Shown here piece by piece: positions 1 through 9,172 of a DNA stretch of 64,000 bases. This stretch comes from Candidatus Daviesbacteria bacterium (GTDB lineage Bacteria; Patescibacteriota; Microgenomatia; Daviesbacterales; UBA10151), in the NCBI GenBank assembly GCA_016184225.1, contig JACPDA010000005.1, positions 67,590-131,589 of the forward strand, read 5' to 3'. The position numbers and the translations under genes were made by a program. The notes beneath the pieces are model-generated. The model was not told the origin of the DNA. It made no database searches and worked only from the letters and a program-made list of their open reading frames with translations. Within the stretch, counting starts at the first letter, position 1; every line of letters starts with the position of its first letter.

Positions 1-1
1 T

Positions 2-877
2 AAAGATTGGAAAATAGATTTTGAGGAGTTGGAAACTTTGGCCAAAAAACACAAACCAAAACTAATCTGGGTAGGGACCACGGCTTATCCTTTTAAGCTG
101 GATTATAAAAAGTTTAGAAAAATTGCCGATATGGTGGATGCCACTTTGGTGGCAGATATTTCTCATATCACCGGTTTAATAATTGGCGGTGTTCATACCT
201 CGCCGGTGCCTGATGTAGATATCATTATGACAACAACGCATAAAACCTTAAGAGGCCCCAGGGGAGCGATTATTTTGGTAACCGAGCGGGGACTCGCGAG
301 GGATCCGGAAATAAAGGCAAAAATCGAAAGGGCAATAATCCCCGGCATTCAAGGAGGTCCGCATAATCACCAGACAGCAGCTATTGCGGTAAGTTTGGAA
401 GAAGCTTTGAGGCCTTCATTTAAAAAATATGCTATTGCAGTTGCCAAAAATGCAGCGGTTTTAGCTAAAGAGCTGGGGACTGTTTCAGAAACCCACTTGA
501 TACTTTTAAGTTTGACCAAATATGGATACGGGATGGGCTATCAGGCCCAATACGCGCTGGAGGAGGCGGGTATTACAGTCAATAAAAATACAATTCCCGG
601 AGAACCTGCTTCGCCTTTTTACCCTTCAGGTATTCGCCTTGGGACACCGGCATTAACTTCCAGGGGAATGAAAGAAGAAGATATGGTAAGAATTGCTGGA
701 TGGATTAAAAGAGTTTTAGAAGAAATCAAGGGGCTTGATTTGCCAAAAAAGCAAGAGGAAAGAAAAGATTTCTTAAAAGAAGTTAAAGAAAAGATCCACG
801 AAAACAAAAATTTAAAGCAAATTAGAAAAGAAGTGGAAAAATTTGCTGGAAAATTCCCCGTTCCCGGTATACAATGA
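2..877 (+). CDS. glyA: Serine hydroxymethyltransferase (5' partial)
   Basis: PLP motif TTTHKTLRGPRG, PGIQGGP, NKNTIP, SGIRLGTPALTSRG; the frame is open to the window edge. Confidence 0.96.
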   Translation, partial: KDWKIDFEELETLAKKHKPKLIWVGTTAYPFKLDYKKFRKIADMVDATLVADISHITGLIIGGVHTSPVPDVDIIMTTTHKTLRGPRGAIILVTERGLARDPEIKAKIERAIIPGIQGGPHNHQTAAIAVSLEEALRPSFKKYAIAVAKNAAVLAKELGTVSETHLILLSLTKYGYGMGYQAQYALEEAGITVNKNTIPGEPASPFYPSGIRLGTPALTSRGMKEEDMVRIAGWIKRVLEEIKGLDLPKKQEERKDFLKEVKEKIHENKNLKQIRKEVEKFAGKFPVPGIQ

Positions 878-883
878 TCCTTC

Positions 884-1726
884 ATGAAAGTATCCGGTAA
901 GGTAGTTGCAGATGCTATTGCAAAAAAACTTCACGAAAAAGTAAAGAAATTAACAGTTCAACCCACCTTTGCCATAATTTTGGCTGGTAGTGATCCGGCT
1001 TCCCGAATTTATGTAAACTTTAAAATAAAGCGAGCTAATGAAATTGGAGTTAAGGTTAAATCCTTTGAATTTGCCGAAAACCAATTTGATAAGTGTGTAA
1101 AGACTATTGAGGAGCTAAATTCAGACAAAAATGTCCATGGAATGATTGTACAATACCCGATATATAAAAGTTGGAATTTTGATGAGTTAATCGGGAAAGT
1201 TGATCCTAAAAAAGATGTAGATGGGTTTAGCAAGGAGTCTCCTTACGGCAAGGCAACTGCTTTGGCTGTTTGGGAAATGCTGACGGCTTTTGCCTATTTG
1301 GAAGGTTTTTCAAAGACAGAAGATTTTCTAAGGGATAAAAAAATGGTTGTCCTTGGAAGAGGTAAAACAGCGGGAGGACCCATTAGAGAGCTTTTAGAAA
1401 AACATGGATTTGAAGTGACGGTGGTTGCCCGGGATACGGAAAATCCAAATGAAAAGATTAGAAGTTCTGATGTAGTAATTTCTGCAACCGGGGTGAAAAA
1501 TATTGTTAACGGATCAAATGTTAAAAAAGGAGCGTATATTGTAGGAGTTGGTGTAGGTAGGGAGACAGTTGAGGGAAGACATAAAATATATGGGGATATT
1601 AATGAAGAGGAAATCAGTAAAATAGCCAAGCTGTATTGTCCAACTATTGGAGGAATAGGACCTTTAACAATTGTCAGCTTGTTGGAGAATGTGATAGAAT
1701 CAGCGTATCGCTCTCTGTCATCCTGA
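884..1726 (+). CDS. folD: Methylene-THF dehydrogenase/cyclohydrolase
   Basis: DPASRIYV, HGMIVQYP, KDVDG, GGIGPLT motifs; follows glyA. Confidence 0.92.
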   Translation: MKVSGKVVADAIAKKLHEKVKKLTVQPTFAIILAGSDPASRIYVNFKIKRANEIGVKVKSFEFAENQFDKCVKTIEELNSDKNVHGMIVQYPIYKSWNFDELIGKVDPKKDVDGFSKESPYGKATALAVWEMLTAFAYLEGFSKTEDFLRDKKMVVLGRGKTAGGPIRELLEKHGFEVTVVARDTENPNEKIRSSDVVISATGVKNIVNGSNVKKGAYIVGVGVGRETVEGRHKIYGDINEEEISKIAKLYCPTIGGIGPLTIVSLLENVIESAYRSLSS

Positions 1727-1743
1727 GCGAAGCGAAGGATCTA
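1717..1743 (+). repeat. REP-like palindromic element GTCATCCTGAGCGAAGCGAAGGATCTA
   Basis: Near-identical copy at 2041-2068; this copy supplies the folD stop codon. Confidence 0.8.
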
Positions 1744-1746
1744 ATT

Positions 1747-2025
1747 ATGGGTTTAATGGACAATCTAAAACAACTGGGGGATCTTAAGAAAATGAGGGAT
1801 CAGGCCATGGAAGTGCAAAAAAGATTGGCCGGGATTAAGATTACTGTGGAACACAAAGGTGTGGTGGTGGTAATGACTGCCGATCAGAAGATAGTTTCTA
1901 TCTCAGGTGACAATGACCTAAATAAAGTTGCAGAAGCCGTTAATGAGGCTTTAAAACAATCCCAAAAAGTGGCAGCAGACGAGATGAAAGGTTTAATGGG
2001 CGGTATGGGAATCCCAGGGATGTGA
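1747..2025 (+). CDS. ybaB: YbaB/EbfC family nucleoid-associated protein
   Basis: Small protein directly upstream of recR, AVNEALKQSQ helix and GGMGIPGM tail; start moved to ATG 1747. Confidence 0.85.
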   Translation: MGLMDNLKQLGDLKKMRDQAMEVQKRLAGIKITVEHKGVVVVMTADQKIVSISGDNDLNKVAEAVNEALKQSQKVAADEMKGLMGGMGIPGM

Positions 2026-2040
2026 CCCGCCTTTGGCGAG

Positions 2041-2068
2041 GTCATCCTGAGCGAAGTCGAAGGATCTA
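2041..2068 (+). repeat. REP-like palindromic element GTCATCCTGAGCGAAGTCGAAGGATCTA
   Basis: Differs from 1717-1743 by one inserted T. Confidence 0.8.
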
Positions 2069-2086
2069 TGTTAAAATCCTCTCATC

Positions 2087-2683
2087 ATGGCGCAAGTCCC
2101 AAAATCCGTCCAAAATTTAATTGAAGCTTTTGAGAGACTTCCCGGTATTGGGCCGAAAACTGCCCAGAGGTTAACTTATTATCTTTTACACGCTCCTATT
2201 GAAGAAGCTAAGGCGTTAGCTGAGGCAGCCATTGGGATGAAAGAGAAAACCAAAATCTGTTCAATTTGTTTTAACATCGGAGAAGTTGACCCTTGCCAGA
2301 TTTGTTCTGATCAGAGCCGCGATAAAGAAATTGTTGCAGTGGTGGAAAATCCACTAGATGTGCTGGCTTTGGAGAAAGCCAATTTTAAAGGTCTTTATCA
2401 TGTTTTACATGGGGTAATTTCACCCTTAGAAAATATCGGACCATCAGAAATTCATATAAAAGAACTGTTGCCGAGATTAAAAGACGGCATTGTTAAAGAA
2501 ATTATTTTGGCTACCAATCCGACTATGGAGGGAGAAGCCACTGCCATGTATATACAAAGATTGATTGCTCCACTGGGAGTTAAGGTTACCAGAATAGCCA
2601 GGGGGTTGCCGGTTGGGTCGGACTTGGAATATGCAGATGAAACCACACTGTCCCGGGCACTGGAAGGTAGGAAGGAATATTAG
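2087..2683 (+). CDS. recR: Recombination protein RecR
   Basis: LPGIGPKTAQRL HhH, C4 zinc finger, EGEATA Toprim, RIARGLPVG. Confidence 0.97.
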   Translation: MAQVPKSVQNLIEAFERLPGIGPKTAQRLTYYLLHAPIEEAKALAEAAIGMKEKTKICSICFNIGEVDPCQICSDQSRDKEIVAVVENPLDVLALEKANFKGLYHVLHGVISPLENIGPSEIHIKELLPRLKDGIVKEIILATNPTMEGEATAMYIQRLIAPLGVKVTRIARGLPVGSDLEYADETTLSRALEGRKEY

Positions 2684-2701
2684 TTATGCTAGAATGTATC
2701 A

Positions 2702-3118
2702 ATGGCAAATCGTGGAAATGTTATTGGAAAATTCAGTGAGGAAGTTCAAGAAGCGGCGAGTGAAGTTGCAGAGGATGTTAAAGACTCGGTAGGCGAGGCA
2801 ATTGAACAAGGTGTTCAATTCGCAGCAGCATCCCAGCTTACTCCTCAACAACTGCAACAAAAGCAGCAAACAGACCAAAAAAAAGAAGTAGACAGACAAA
2901 AACAGCTGAGTTATACCAGAAACTGGTTGAGTAATTTAGAGGCGGCACAAGCAAAAGTAAGGGCAGAGAATAAACAAAAAGAACAGCAAAGACTGCAAGC
3001 AGAGCAACAGGAAAAACAAGTTGTGGAAATGAAAAAAGAAGAAAAGAAGAAGAGGCCTGTTAATCCGGCCGTAGCTTATGCCGGCAAAGTAGAATTTAAA
3101 AGAGGAGTAGGAGGTTAA
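2702..3118 (+). CDS. Hypothetical Q/E/K-rich coiled-coil protein
   Basis: 138 aa ORF, extended -10 (TGCTAGAAT) 6 nt upstream, stop overlaps the cysS start. Confidence 0.7.
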   Translation: MANRGNVIGKFSEEVQEAASEVAEDVKDSVGEAIEQGVQFAAASQLTPQQLQQKQQTDQKKEVDRQKQLSYTRNWLSNLEAAQAKVRAENKQKEQQRLQAEQQEKQVVEMKKEEKKKRPVNPAVAYAGKVEFKRGVGG

Positions 3119-4458
3119 TGTTAAAACTTTACAATTTTTTATCCCGTAAATTAGAAGATTTTAACCCGATTAATCCTCCTAATGTCGGACTCTACACATG
3201 CGGGCCAACAACCTATGATTTTGTTCACATCGGTAATTTACGGACTTTTATTTTTGAGGATGTTTTGCAGCGGGTATTGGAAGCGAATGGTTATAAAGTT
3301 AAAAGAGGGATGAATATAACAGATATTGACGATAAAATTATTAAAGGCGCAAAAGAAAAAAATTTACCGATTGATGAATTCTCGGCACCTTTCGAGCGGG
3401 CATTTTTTCAGGATCTGGAAAAGTTAAATATAAAATCTGCCGATGTTTACCCCAAAGCAACAGAACATATTGGTCACATGATTAGGTTTATTGAGGAGCT
3501 AATCAAAAAAGATTTGGCTTACGCGGAAAAAGATGGTTCGGTTTATTTTGATATTTCAAAATTTCCCAACTATGGAAAATTATCCGGATTAGATAACCGT
3601 ATTTTAAAACATGGAACCAGAGTTTTGGCAGATGAATATTCCAAAGATGATGTACAGGATTTTGCCCTTTGGAAAGCTACTGAGGCAGATGAGGTCGGCT
3701 ATGATAGCCCTTGGGGGTTTGGCAGGCCAGGTTGGCATATTGAGTGTTCAGTCATGAGCCAGGAAAATTTAGGTGAAACTTTTGATATTCACGGCGGGGG
3801 AGTAGATTTGATCTTCCCTCATCATGAAAACGAGATTGCACAATCTGAGGGAAAAACCGGCAAGAAATTTGTTAACTATTTTGTGGAAGCAGAACACCTG
3901 CTGGTCAATAACCAAAAAATGGCCAAGTCTGCAGGCAATTTTTTTACTTTGCGGGATATTGAAGAAAAAGGCTTTGATCCGCTGGCTTTCCGTTATCTGG
4001 TTTTAACTGCTCATTATCGGGATAAGTTAAATTTTACCTGGGAATCATTAACTGGTGCCCAAAACGCTTTGAATAATTTAAGGGAAATTATCAGAGACTT
4101 CGATGAGCCGAAAATTGGCTGTGCCCAATATGAGCAGGATTTTATGGAAGCTGTAAATAATGATTTAAATATGCCACAAGCTTTGGCAGTAATGTGGGAT
4201 ATGTTCAAATCTGATTACCCCAGCTCTGCTAAAGCCAAAACACTTTTGGAAATGGATAAAGTCTTAGGATTAAAATTAGATGAGTATCTAGGAAAAAAGG
4301 TGGAGGTTCCGGCAGAAGTACAAAGATTGGTTGACCAAAGAGAGCAAACCAGAAGATCCGGAGACTTCAAAAAATCAGACGGATTGCGTAAGAAAATCAA
4401 AAAACTAGGTTTTGAAATTGAAGATACCCCGGTTGGACCCAGATTCAAAAGAGGCTAA
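3118..4458 (+). CDS. cysS: Cysteinyl-tRNA synthetase
   Basis: CGPT, HIGN, GRPGWHIECS, FPHHENE, KMAKS. Confidence 0.97.
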   Translation: MLKLYNFLSRKLEDFNPINPPNVGLYTCGPTTYDFVHIGNLRTFIFEDVLQRVLEANGYKVKRGMNITDIDDKIIKGAKEKNLPIDEFSAPFERAFFQDLEKLNIKSADVYPKATEHIGHMIRFIEELIKKDLAYAEKDGSVYFDISKFPNYGKLSGLDNRILKHGTRVLADEYSKDDVQDFALWKATEADEVGYDSPWGFGRPGWHIECSVMSQENLGETFDIHGGGVDLIFPHHENEIAQSEGKTGKKFVNYFVEAEHLLVNNQKMAKSAGNFFTLRDIEEKGFDPLAFRYLVLTAHYRDKLNFTWESLTGAQNALNNLREIIRDFDEPKIGCAQYEQDFMEAVNNDLNMPQALAVMWDMFKSDYPSSAKAKTLLEMDKVLGLKLDEYLGKKVEVPAEVQRLVDQREQTRRSGDFKKSDGLRKKIKKLGFEIEDTPVGPRFKRG

Positions 4459-4509
4459 TTGACTTTTTGCATCCTAAAAATATAGAATACTAAAACTGTC
4501 TCTAATAAT

Positions 4510-4845
4510 ATGGAAGTGATACCAGTAGAAACACCTCAAACAACAGATTTAGAGTGGAGATATTGGGCAGAGGGTAGTAATCTTGCTTCGGCAGTTGCAT
4601 GGCAAACTATTATGAATTTAAATAAAGGGTATGCAACACCTGGTTTCCTCTCAGCAGCTTTAAACGGTTCGGATGGGGAGAAAATTGCACAAGCCGTAAT
4701 GCAAGAATACATCTTAAATCAATTTATACTTCCGTCTTCAGGGTCAGTAGATCTAGATAATCCACGAGTTGCCTTGGCACTAAAAGTACGGGATTTTGCA
4801 GCTGCGCAATTTAGAGCAGGAATGCTTGAACTATTACAAAACTAA
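4510..4845 (+). CDS. Hypothetical orphan protein
   Basis: 111 aa ORF filling the gap, with TTGACT..TAGAAT upstream. Confidence 0.55.
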   Translation: MEVIPVETPQTTDLEWRYWAEGSNLASAVAWQTIMNLNKGYATPGFLSAALNGSDGEKIAQAVMQEYILNQFILPSSGSVDLDNPRVALALKVRDFAAAQFRAGMLELLQN

Positions 4846-4901
4846 TAAGGGTTTATTCCACAGAGTGTTTTGGGCTGCCAAATTGTGGTAAACTTGGGGA
4901 T

Positions 4902-5567
4902 GTGGAAAATGTAGTCACGATAGATGGGCCAACTTCCTCCGGCAAAAACAGCGTCGGATTTTTATTGGCCCAAAAGTTGGGCTACCAATATATTGACTCC
5001 GGTTCTATTTATCGGGCCGGATGCATTTTTATTCTAAGAAACGATATCTCTATAAATGATTTGGAAAAAGTGGTAGAAGTTTATAAAAACCTGCAGATAG
5101 AAATTAAATTGAGTGATCATGAGCCGAGGTTTTTTGCCAACGGGGAAGATGTCACAGATCATTTGCATAATCCGGAAGTGACCAAAATAGTGCCGGCAGT
5201 CTCTGCTATTAAAGAAGTTAGGGAAGCGACTAAAGTTATTCAATACAGATTAGTTAACTCCCGAAACACTGTTATGACAGGCCGTGATATTGGTTCGGAA
5301 ATTTTTCCGGAGGCAAAACACAGATTTTTTCTGACAGCTTCTGTAGAAACTAGAGCCAAGAGACGATTTAAACAGCTTGCGGAAAAAGACTCTACCGTAA
5401 GATATGAAGATGTACTGTCGTCCATGGAAGAGCGGGACAAACAAGACGAAACGCGTGAGGTTTCACCCCTGCGGATCCCGGAAGGCGCAACTGTGATTGA
5501 TAATTCTAGTCTTACAGTCGAACAGACAGTAGAGGAAATGTTAAAACACATCAATGCATCAAATTAA
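4902..5567 (+). CDS. cmk: Cytidylate kinase
   Basis: TIDGPTSSGK P-loop, DSGSIYR, GRDIGSEIFP, RDKQD..R..SPL. Confidence 0.93.
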   Translation: MENVVTIDGPTSSGKNSVGFLLAQKLGYQYIDSGSIYRAGCIFILRNDISINDLEKVVEVYKNLQIEIKLSDHEPRFFANGEDVTDHLHNPEVTKIVPAVSAIKEVREATKVIQYRLVNSRNTVMTGRDIGSEIFPEAKHRFFLTASVETRAKRRFKQLAEKDSTVRYEDVLSSMEERDKQDETREVSPLRIPEGATVIDNSSLTVEQTVEEMLKHINASN

Positions 5568-6819
5568 AACTTTATCAAACGGATTGACTTTAATTACTGT
5601 AAACCGCCCACATCTTGATTCGGTAACGACTCTGGTTGCCGTCGGCGCCGGCTCCAGGTATGAAACGAAAAAAATCAACGGCATTTCCCACTTTCTCGAG
5701 CATATGTTTTTTAAAGGGTCAACAAAATTTCCATCTGCTGAAAAAATCTCCACTTTAGTTGACGGTATTGGAGCAGTTAATAACGCTATCACAGATAAAG
5801 AAGTGACATATTATTGGATCAAGTCTTCTGCCAAACATATTAAATTATCCTCAGATATTTTATCTTCCATGATTAAAGAATCCTTGTTTAGCCAGGAGGA
5901 AATTGACAGGGAAAAGGGAGTAATTGTAGAGGAACTGCGGATGTACCGGGATAATCCGGCCAGATATGTTTGGGAATTATATGAAAGGTTGCAATACGGC
6001 AACCAGCCTTTGGGTTGGGATACTGGTGGGGAAGAAAAAATTGTTAATTCACTAAACCGCGAAGATTTTATTTCTTACATGGACTCTCTCTATGCACCGG
6101 AAAATATGGCATTAGTTTATGTGGGAAAAATACCGGCCAGTATTGAAGAAGTTGCCAAAGAGTTTTTTTTGAGCTTACCAAAAAGGAAACAATATCCCTT
6201 TAAACCTTTCAAAAAGATAGAACAAAAAAAAGCTAAAGTGGATGTTTTTTATAAAGATACCGACCAGGTTAATTTAGTTTTGGGTATGGAAGGTTTTGAT
6301 AGATATGATGATAGAAAATATGTTGGTAGGGTACTCTCTTGTCTTTTAGGTGAAGGAATGTCTTCCAGGCTATTTATTCAAGTTCGGGAACGAAGGGGTT
6401 TGGCTTACAGCATAGGTGCCCATAGCGGCAGTTACAAAGATACCGGTGCTTTTACTGTTTATGGCGGGTTGAAGTTGGAGAAAATTTATGAGGGAATGGA
6501 AGTAATTTTAGCGGAACTTCAAATGATGGCCAGCGAAAAAGTGACAGATAAGGAGCTTAAGAAAGCCAAAGAAATGATCAGGGGTAGAATTGCCCTGCAA
6601 TCCGAATCAACAAATTTTCTGGCAGAATATTTTGGTACCAGTTTTGTGTTAGATAGAAAAATAGAAACCTTTGAAGAGATTTTACAAAAGATAGACAAAG
6701 TCAGCAAGGAAGATTTACAAAATTTGGCAAAGGAGTTATTCGTCAGACAAAAATATAACCTGCAAATCATTGGTCCTTTTAAAAATGCATCTAAATTTGA
6801 GGATATTTTAAATCTTTAA
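5554..6819 (+). CDS. M16 family zinc peptidase
   Basis: Inverzincin motif HFLEHMFFKG, SSRLF..VRE.RGLAY. Confidence 0.93.
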   Translation: MHQIKTLSNGLTLITVNRPHLDSVTTLVAVGAGSRYETKKINGISHFLEHMFFKGSTKFPSAEKISTLVDGIGAVNNAITDKEVTYYWIKSSAKHIKLSSDILSSMIKESLFSQEEIDREKGVIVEELRMYRDNPARYVWELYERLQYGNQPLGWDTGGEEKIVNSLNREDFISYMDSLYAPENMALVYVGKIPASIEEVAKEFFLSLPKRKQYPFKPFKKIEQKKAKVDVFYKDTDQVNLVLGMEGFDRYDDRKYVGRVLSCLLGEGMSSRLFIQVRERRGLAYSIGAHSGSYKDTGAFTVYGGLKLEKIYEGMEVILAELQMMASEKVTDKELKKAKEMIRGRIALQSESTNFLAEYFGTSFVLDRKIETFEEILQKIDKVSKEDLQNLAKELFVRQKYNLQIIGPFKNASKFEDILNL

Positions 6820-7335
6820 GAAAAGCTTCTCCAAAATTTTTCCGATCGCTAGAGCAATTACTAAGGAAGCCACTGCCGTAATAAATCCTCCTAAAATATC
6901 CAACGGATAATGTACACCTACATAGATCCTTGATATACCTATCCAAAGCATAAGGAATAACAGAAGAGCTGACCATTTAGACTTGAAATAAGTATAGGCA
7001 AAAGCTAAAACTGCGGCAATAGTTGCATGCCTTGATGGGAAAGAGGCGCTATCCGCCGCCTCAGCGACAATTGGAATAAAATGAAAAGTTACAAAAGGTC
7101 GGTTTTCAAATAAAAAAAGATGAATTACCTTGATAAGTAAGAATGAAATGGGTAGCCCTAAGATAATAAGCAGCAAAGCTTTTTTTTCTTTTGTTCCACC
7201 TTTTACAGCTAACACAAAAACGAGTAAAAATGTTAGATAAATTAAGGAGATGGTCCCAAAAACCATTAATTTGTCTAGAGCCCAAAAGCGACCGTTTAAG
7301 TTAAGTACAGAAAAGAATAAACCTACATTATCCAT
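6808..7335 (-). CDS. PAP2 family (undecaprenyl-PP-like) phosphatase
   Basis: RP, SFPSRH, SRIYVGVHYPLD motifs; hydrophobic. Confidence 0.9.
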   Translation of the reverse strand: MDNVGLFFSVLNLNGRFWALDKLMVFGTISLIYLTFLLVFVLAVKGGTKEKKALLLIILGLPISFLLIKVIHLFLFENRPFVTFHFIPIVAEAADSASFPSRHATIAAVLAFAYTYFKSKWSALLLFLMLWIGISRIYVGVHYPLDILGGFITAVASLVIALAIGKILEKLFLKI

Positions 7336-7697
7336 TGTTTAATATACGGAAGAAAAATGATGATCCCGACGACTAATGAGGTTAAGGCGGCCACTAAAAC
7401 CGCCCCTGCTGAAATATCTTTAGCCAGCTTTGCACCAGGATGCTCTTTATCTGTAAATGCATCAACTACAGCTTCTATAGCGGTATTGGTTAATTCAACT
7501 GAAATGACAAATCCGATGAGAAAGATTACTATCATCCAATCAGTCCGGGAAAGACTTAAAATAAAGGAAAGAAGAATTACCAGTAATGCTGCCACAAAGT
7601 GGAATTTTAAATTTGGCTCTTCTTTTAAAGCACTAACAACTCCCACCAAGGCATATTTAAAAGAAAGCACCCGGTGATTATTAGCTAAATTTTCCAT
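7323..7697 (-). CDS. dgkA: Diacylglycerol/undecaprenol kinase
   Basis: ELTNTAIEAVVD, AKDISAGAV. Confidence 0.9.
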   Translation of the reverse strand: MENLANNHRVLSFKYALVGVVSALKEEPNLKFHFVAALLVILLSFILSLSRTDWMIVIFLIGFVISVELTNTAIEAVVDAFTDKEHPGAKLAKDISAGAVLVAALTSLVVGIIIFLPYIKQWIM

Positions 7698-7719
7698 TAG
7701 TTTAAGTATACCATGTTAC

Positions 7720-7748
7720 TTGACTTTCGAGCTTCGAATAGTTATATT
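7720..7748 (+). promoter_or_regulatory. sigma70-type promoter of the purF operon (leaderless-type)
   Basis: TTGACT-17 nt-TATATT, ending 5 nt before the ATG. Confidence 0.6.
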
Positions 7749-7753
7749 AAGCT

Positions 7754-9172
7754 ATGGGAAGCAAGATAGGCGAAAAATGTGGGATATTTGGAAGTTTCGG
7801 CAAGGGATTTGAGGCAGCTAGGTTGGTTCACCCAGGGCTTTGGGCCCTGCAACATCGGGGTCAGGAATCTTCAGGAATTTCTTCATCTGACGGAAAAAAG
7901 ATTTATCTTCACAAGGGAATGGGTTTAGTTTCACATGTTTTCGGGGAAGAAGATTTAAGAAAATTAAAAGGTCACTTGGCAGTCGGCCATAACCGTTATT
8001 CTACTTCAGGTGATTCAGTCATTTCTCATGCTCAACCAATTTTAGAAAAGGTTAGTGGCGGTAAGTTTATTGCCTTAGTTCATAATGGCAATCTCCCGTC
8101 AATGAAAAAGTTAGAAGAATTCTTAAAAAGCAAGGTAATTTCTATCAAAGATCTTAATGATTCCGAAATGATTGCCAAAGCAATTGCAGTTTTAATGAAT
8201 GAGGATTTAAGTTTGGAAGAAGCCATCAAAAAAGTCTACCCTTTGCTTACCGGAGTATTTTGTTTGCTTGTTATGGATGAGAAAAAACTTATTGCTGTTA
8301 GGGATAGTTTCGGCATCAGGCCACTTTGCCTGGGAAAGTTAAACGGCGGGTTTATTGTAGCATCGGAAACTTGTGCGCTAGATATTGTCGGGGCAAAGTT
8401 TTTACGGGAAGTTAAGCCTGGGGAAATGGTGGTAATTGATGATGTGGGTTTGCAGAGTATTCAGATAGAAAAAGGCAAACAAAAGTTGGATGTGTTTGAA
8501 TATGTCTATTTTGCCAGACCGGACAGTATAATCTTGGGAAAAAGTGTTGATCTGGTCCGGCAAAATTTAGGGAAAGAACTGGCGAAAGAAAACCTGATTA
8601 AAGCCGATATCGTCATCCCCATCCCTGACTCCGCGATCCCGGCAGCGATTGGATTTTCCAGGCAGTCCAACATTCCTTTTGAAATGGGTCTGATTAAAAA
8701 CCGTTACATCCACCGGACTTTTATTTCTCCGGAGCAGCATACCCGCCACAGAATTGTCCAGCTAAAACTTAATCCAATGAAACACATTATTGCCGGGAAA
8801 AGGGTCATTGTGATTGATGATTCAATTGTGAGAGGTACCACTTCAAAACAAATTATGAAAATGTTAAAAGATGCCGGTGCAAAAGAAATCCACCTTTTGG
8901 TTTCATCGCCACCGATTAAGTTTCCGGATTTTTACGGCATTGATACTCCAGACCAAAATGAATTGATTGCCGCTGTAAAAAACATTAAAGAGATAGAAAA
9001 AGAATTAGGAGTTGATTCACTGCATTATTTATCTTACGGTGGTTTGATAAGAGCGATTGGTTTACCGGAAAGCTTACTTTGTACGGCTTTATTTAATGGA
9101 AATTATCCGGTGGACATTGGCGAGCGGAGTAAAGAAATCACCTATGAAAAAAATAGCGGTATTAATATCTAA
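7754..9172 (+). CDS. purF: Amidophosphoribosyltransferase
   Basis: CGIFG, LQHRGQE, HNRYST, HNGN, DDSIVRGTT. Confidence 0.96.
   Translation: MGSKIGEKCGIFGSFGKGFEAARLVHPGLWALQHRGQESSGISSSDGKKIYLHKGMGLVSHVFGEEDLRKLKGHLAVGHNRYSTSGDSVISHAQPILEKVSGGKFIALVHNGNLPSMKKLEEFLKSKVISIKDLNDSEMIAKAIAVLMNEDLSLEEAIKKVYPLLTGVFCLLVMDEKKLIAVRDSFGIRPLCLGKLNGGFIVASETCALDIVGAKFLREVKPGEMVVIDDVGLQSIQIEKGKQKLDVFEYVYFARPDSIILGKSVDLVRQNLGKELAKENLIKADIVIPIPDSAIPAAIGFSRQSNIPFEMGLIKNRYIHRTFISPEQHTRHRIVQLKLNPMKHIIAGKRVIVIDDSIVRGTTSKQIMKMLKDAGAKEIHLLVSSPPIKFPDFYGIDTPDQNELIAAVKNIKEIEKELGVDSLHYLSYGGLIRAIGLPESLLCTALFNGNYPVDIGERSKEITYEKNSGINI

Noticed and set aside
1636-1746. Upstream extensions in the ORF track (ybaB 1636, purN-D 9057, purQ 13825, purC 23839, rpsR 43637, 25541, 54227)
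   Set aside because: They overlap upstream genes, repeats or promoters; downstream ATGs fit coupling or promoter position better.
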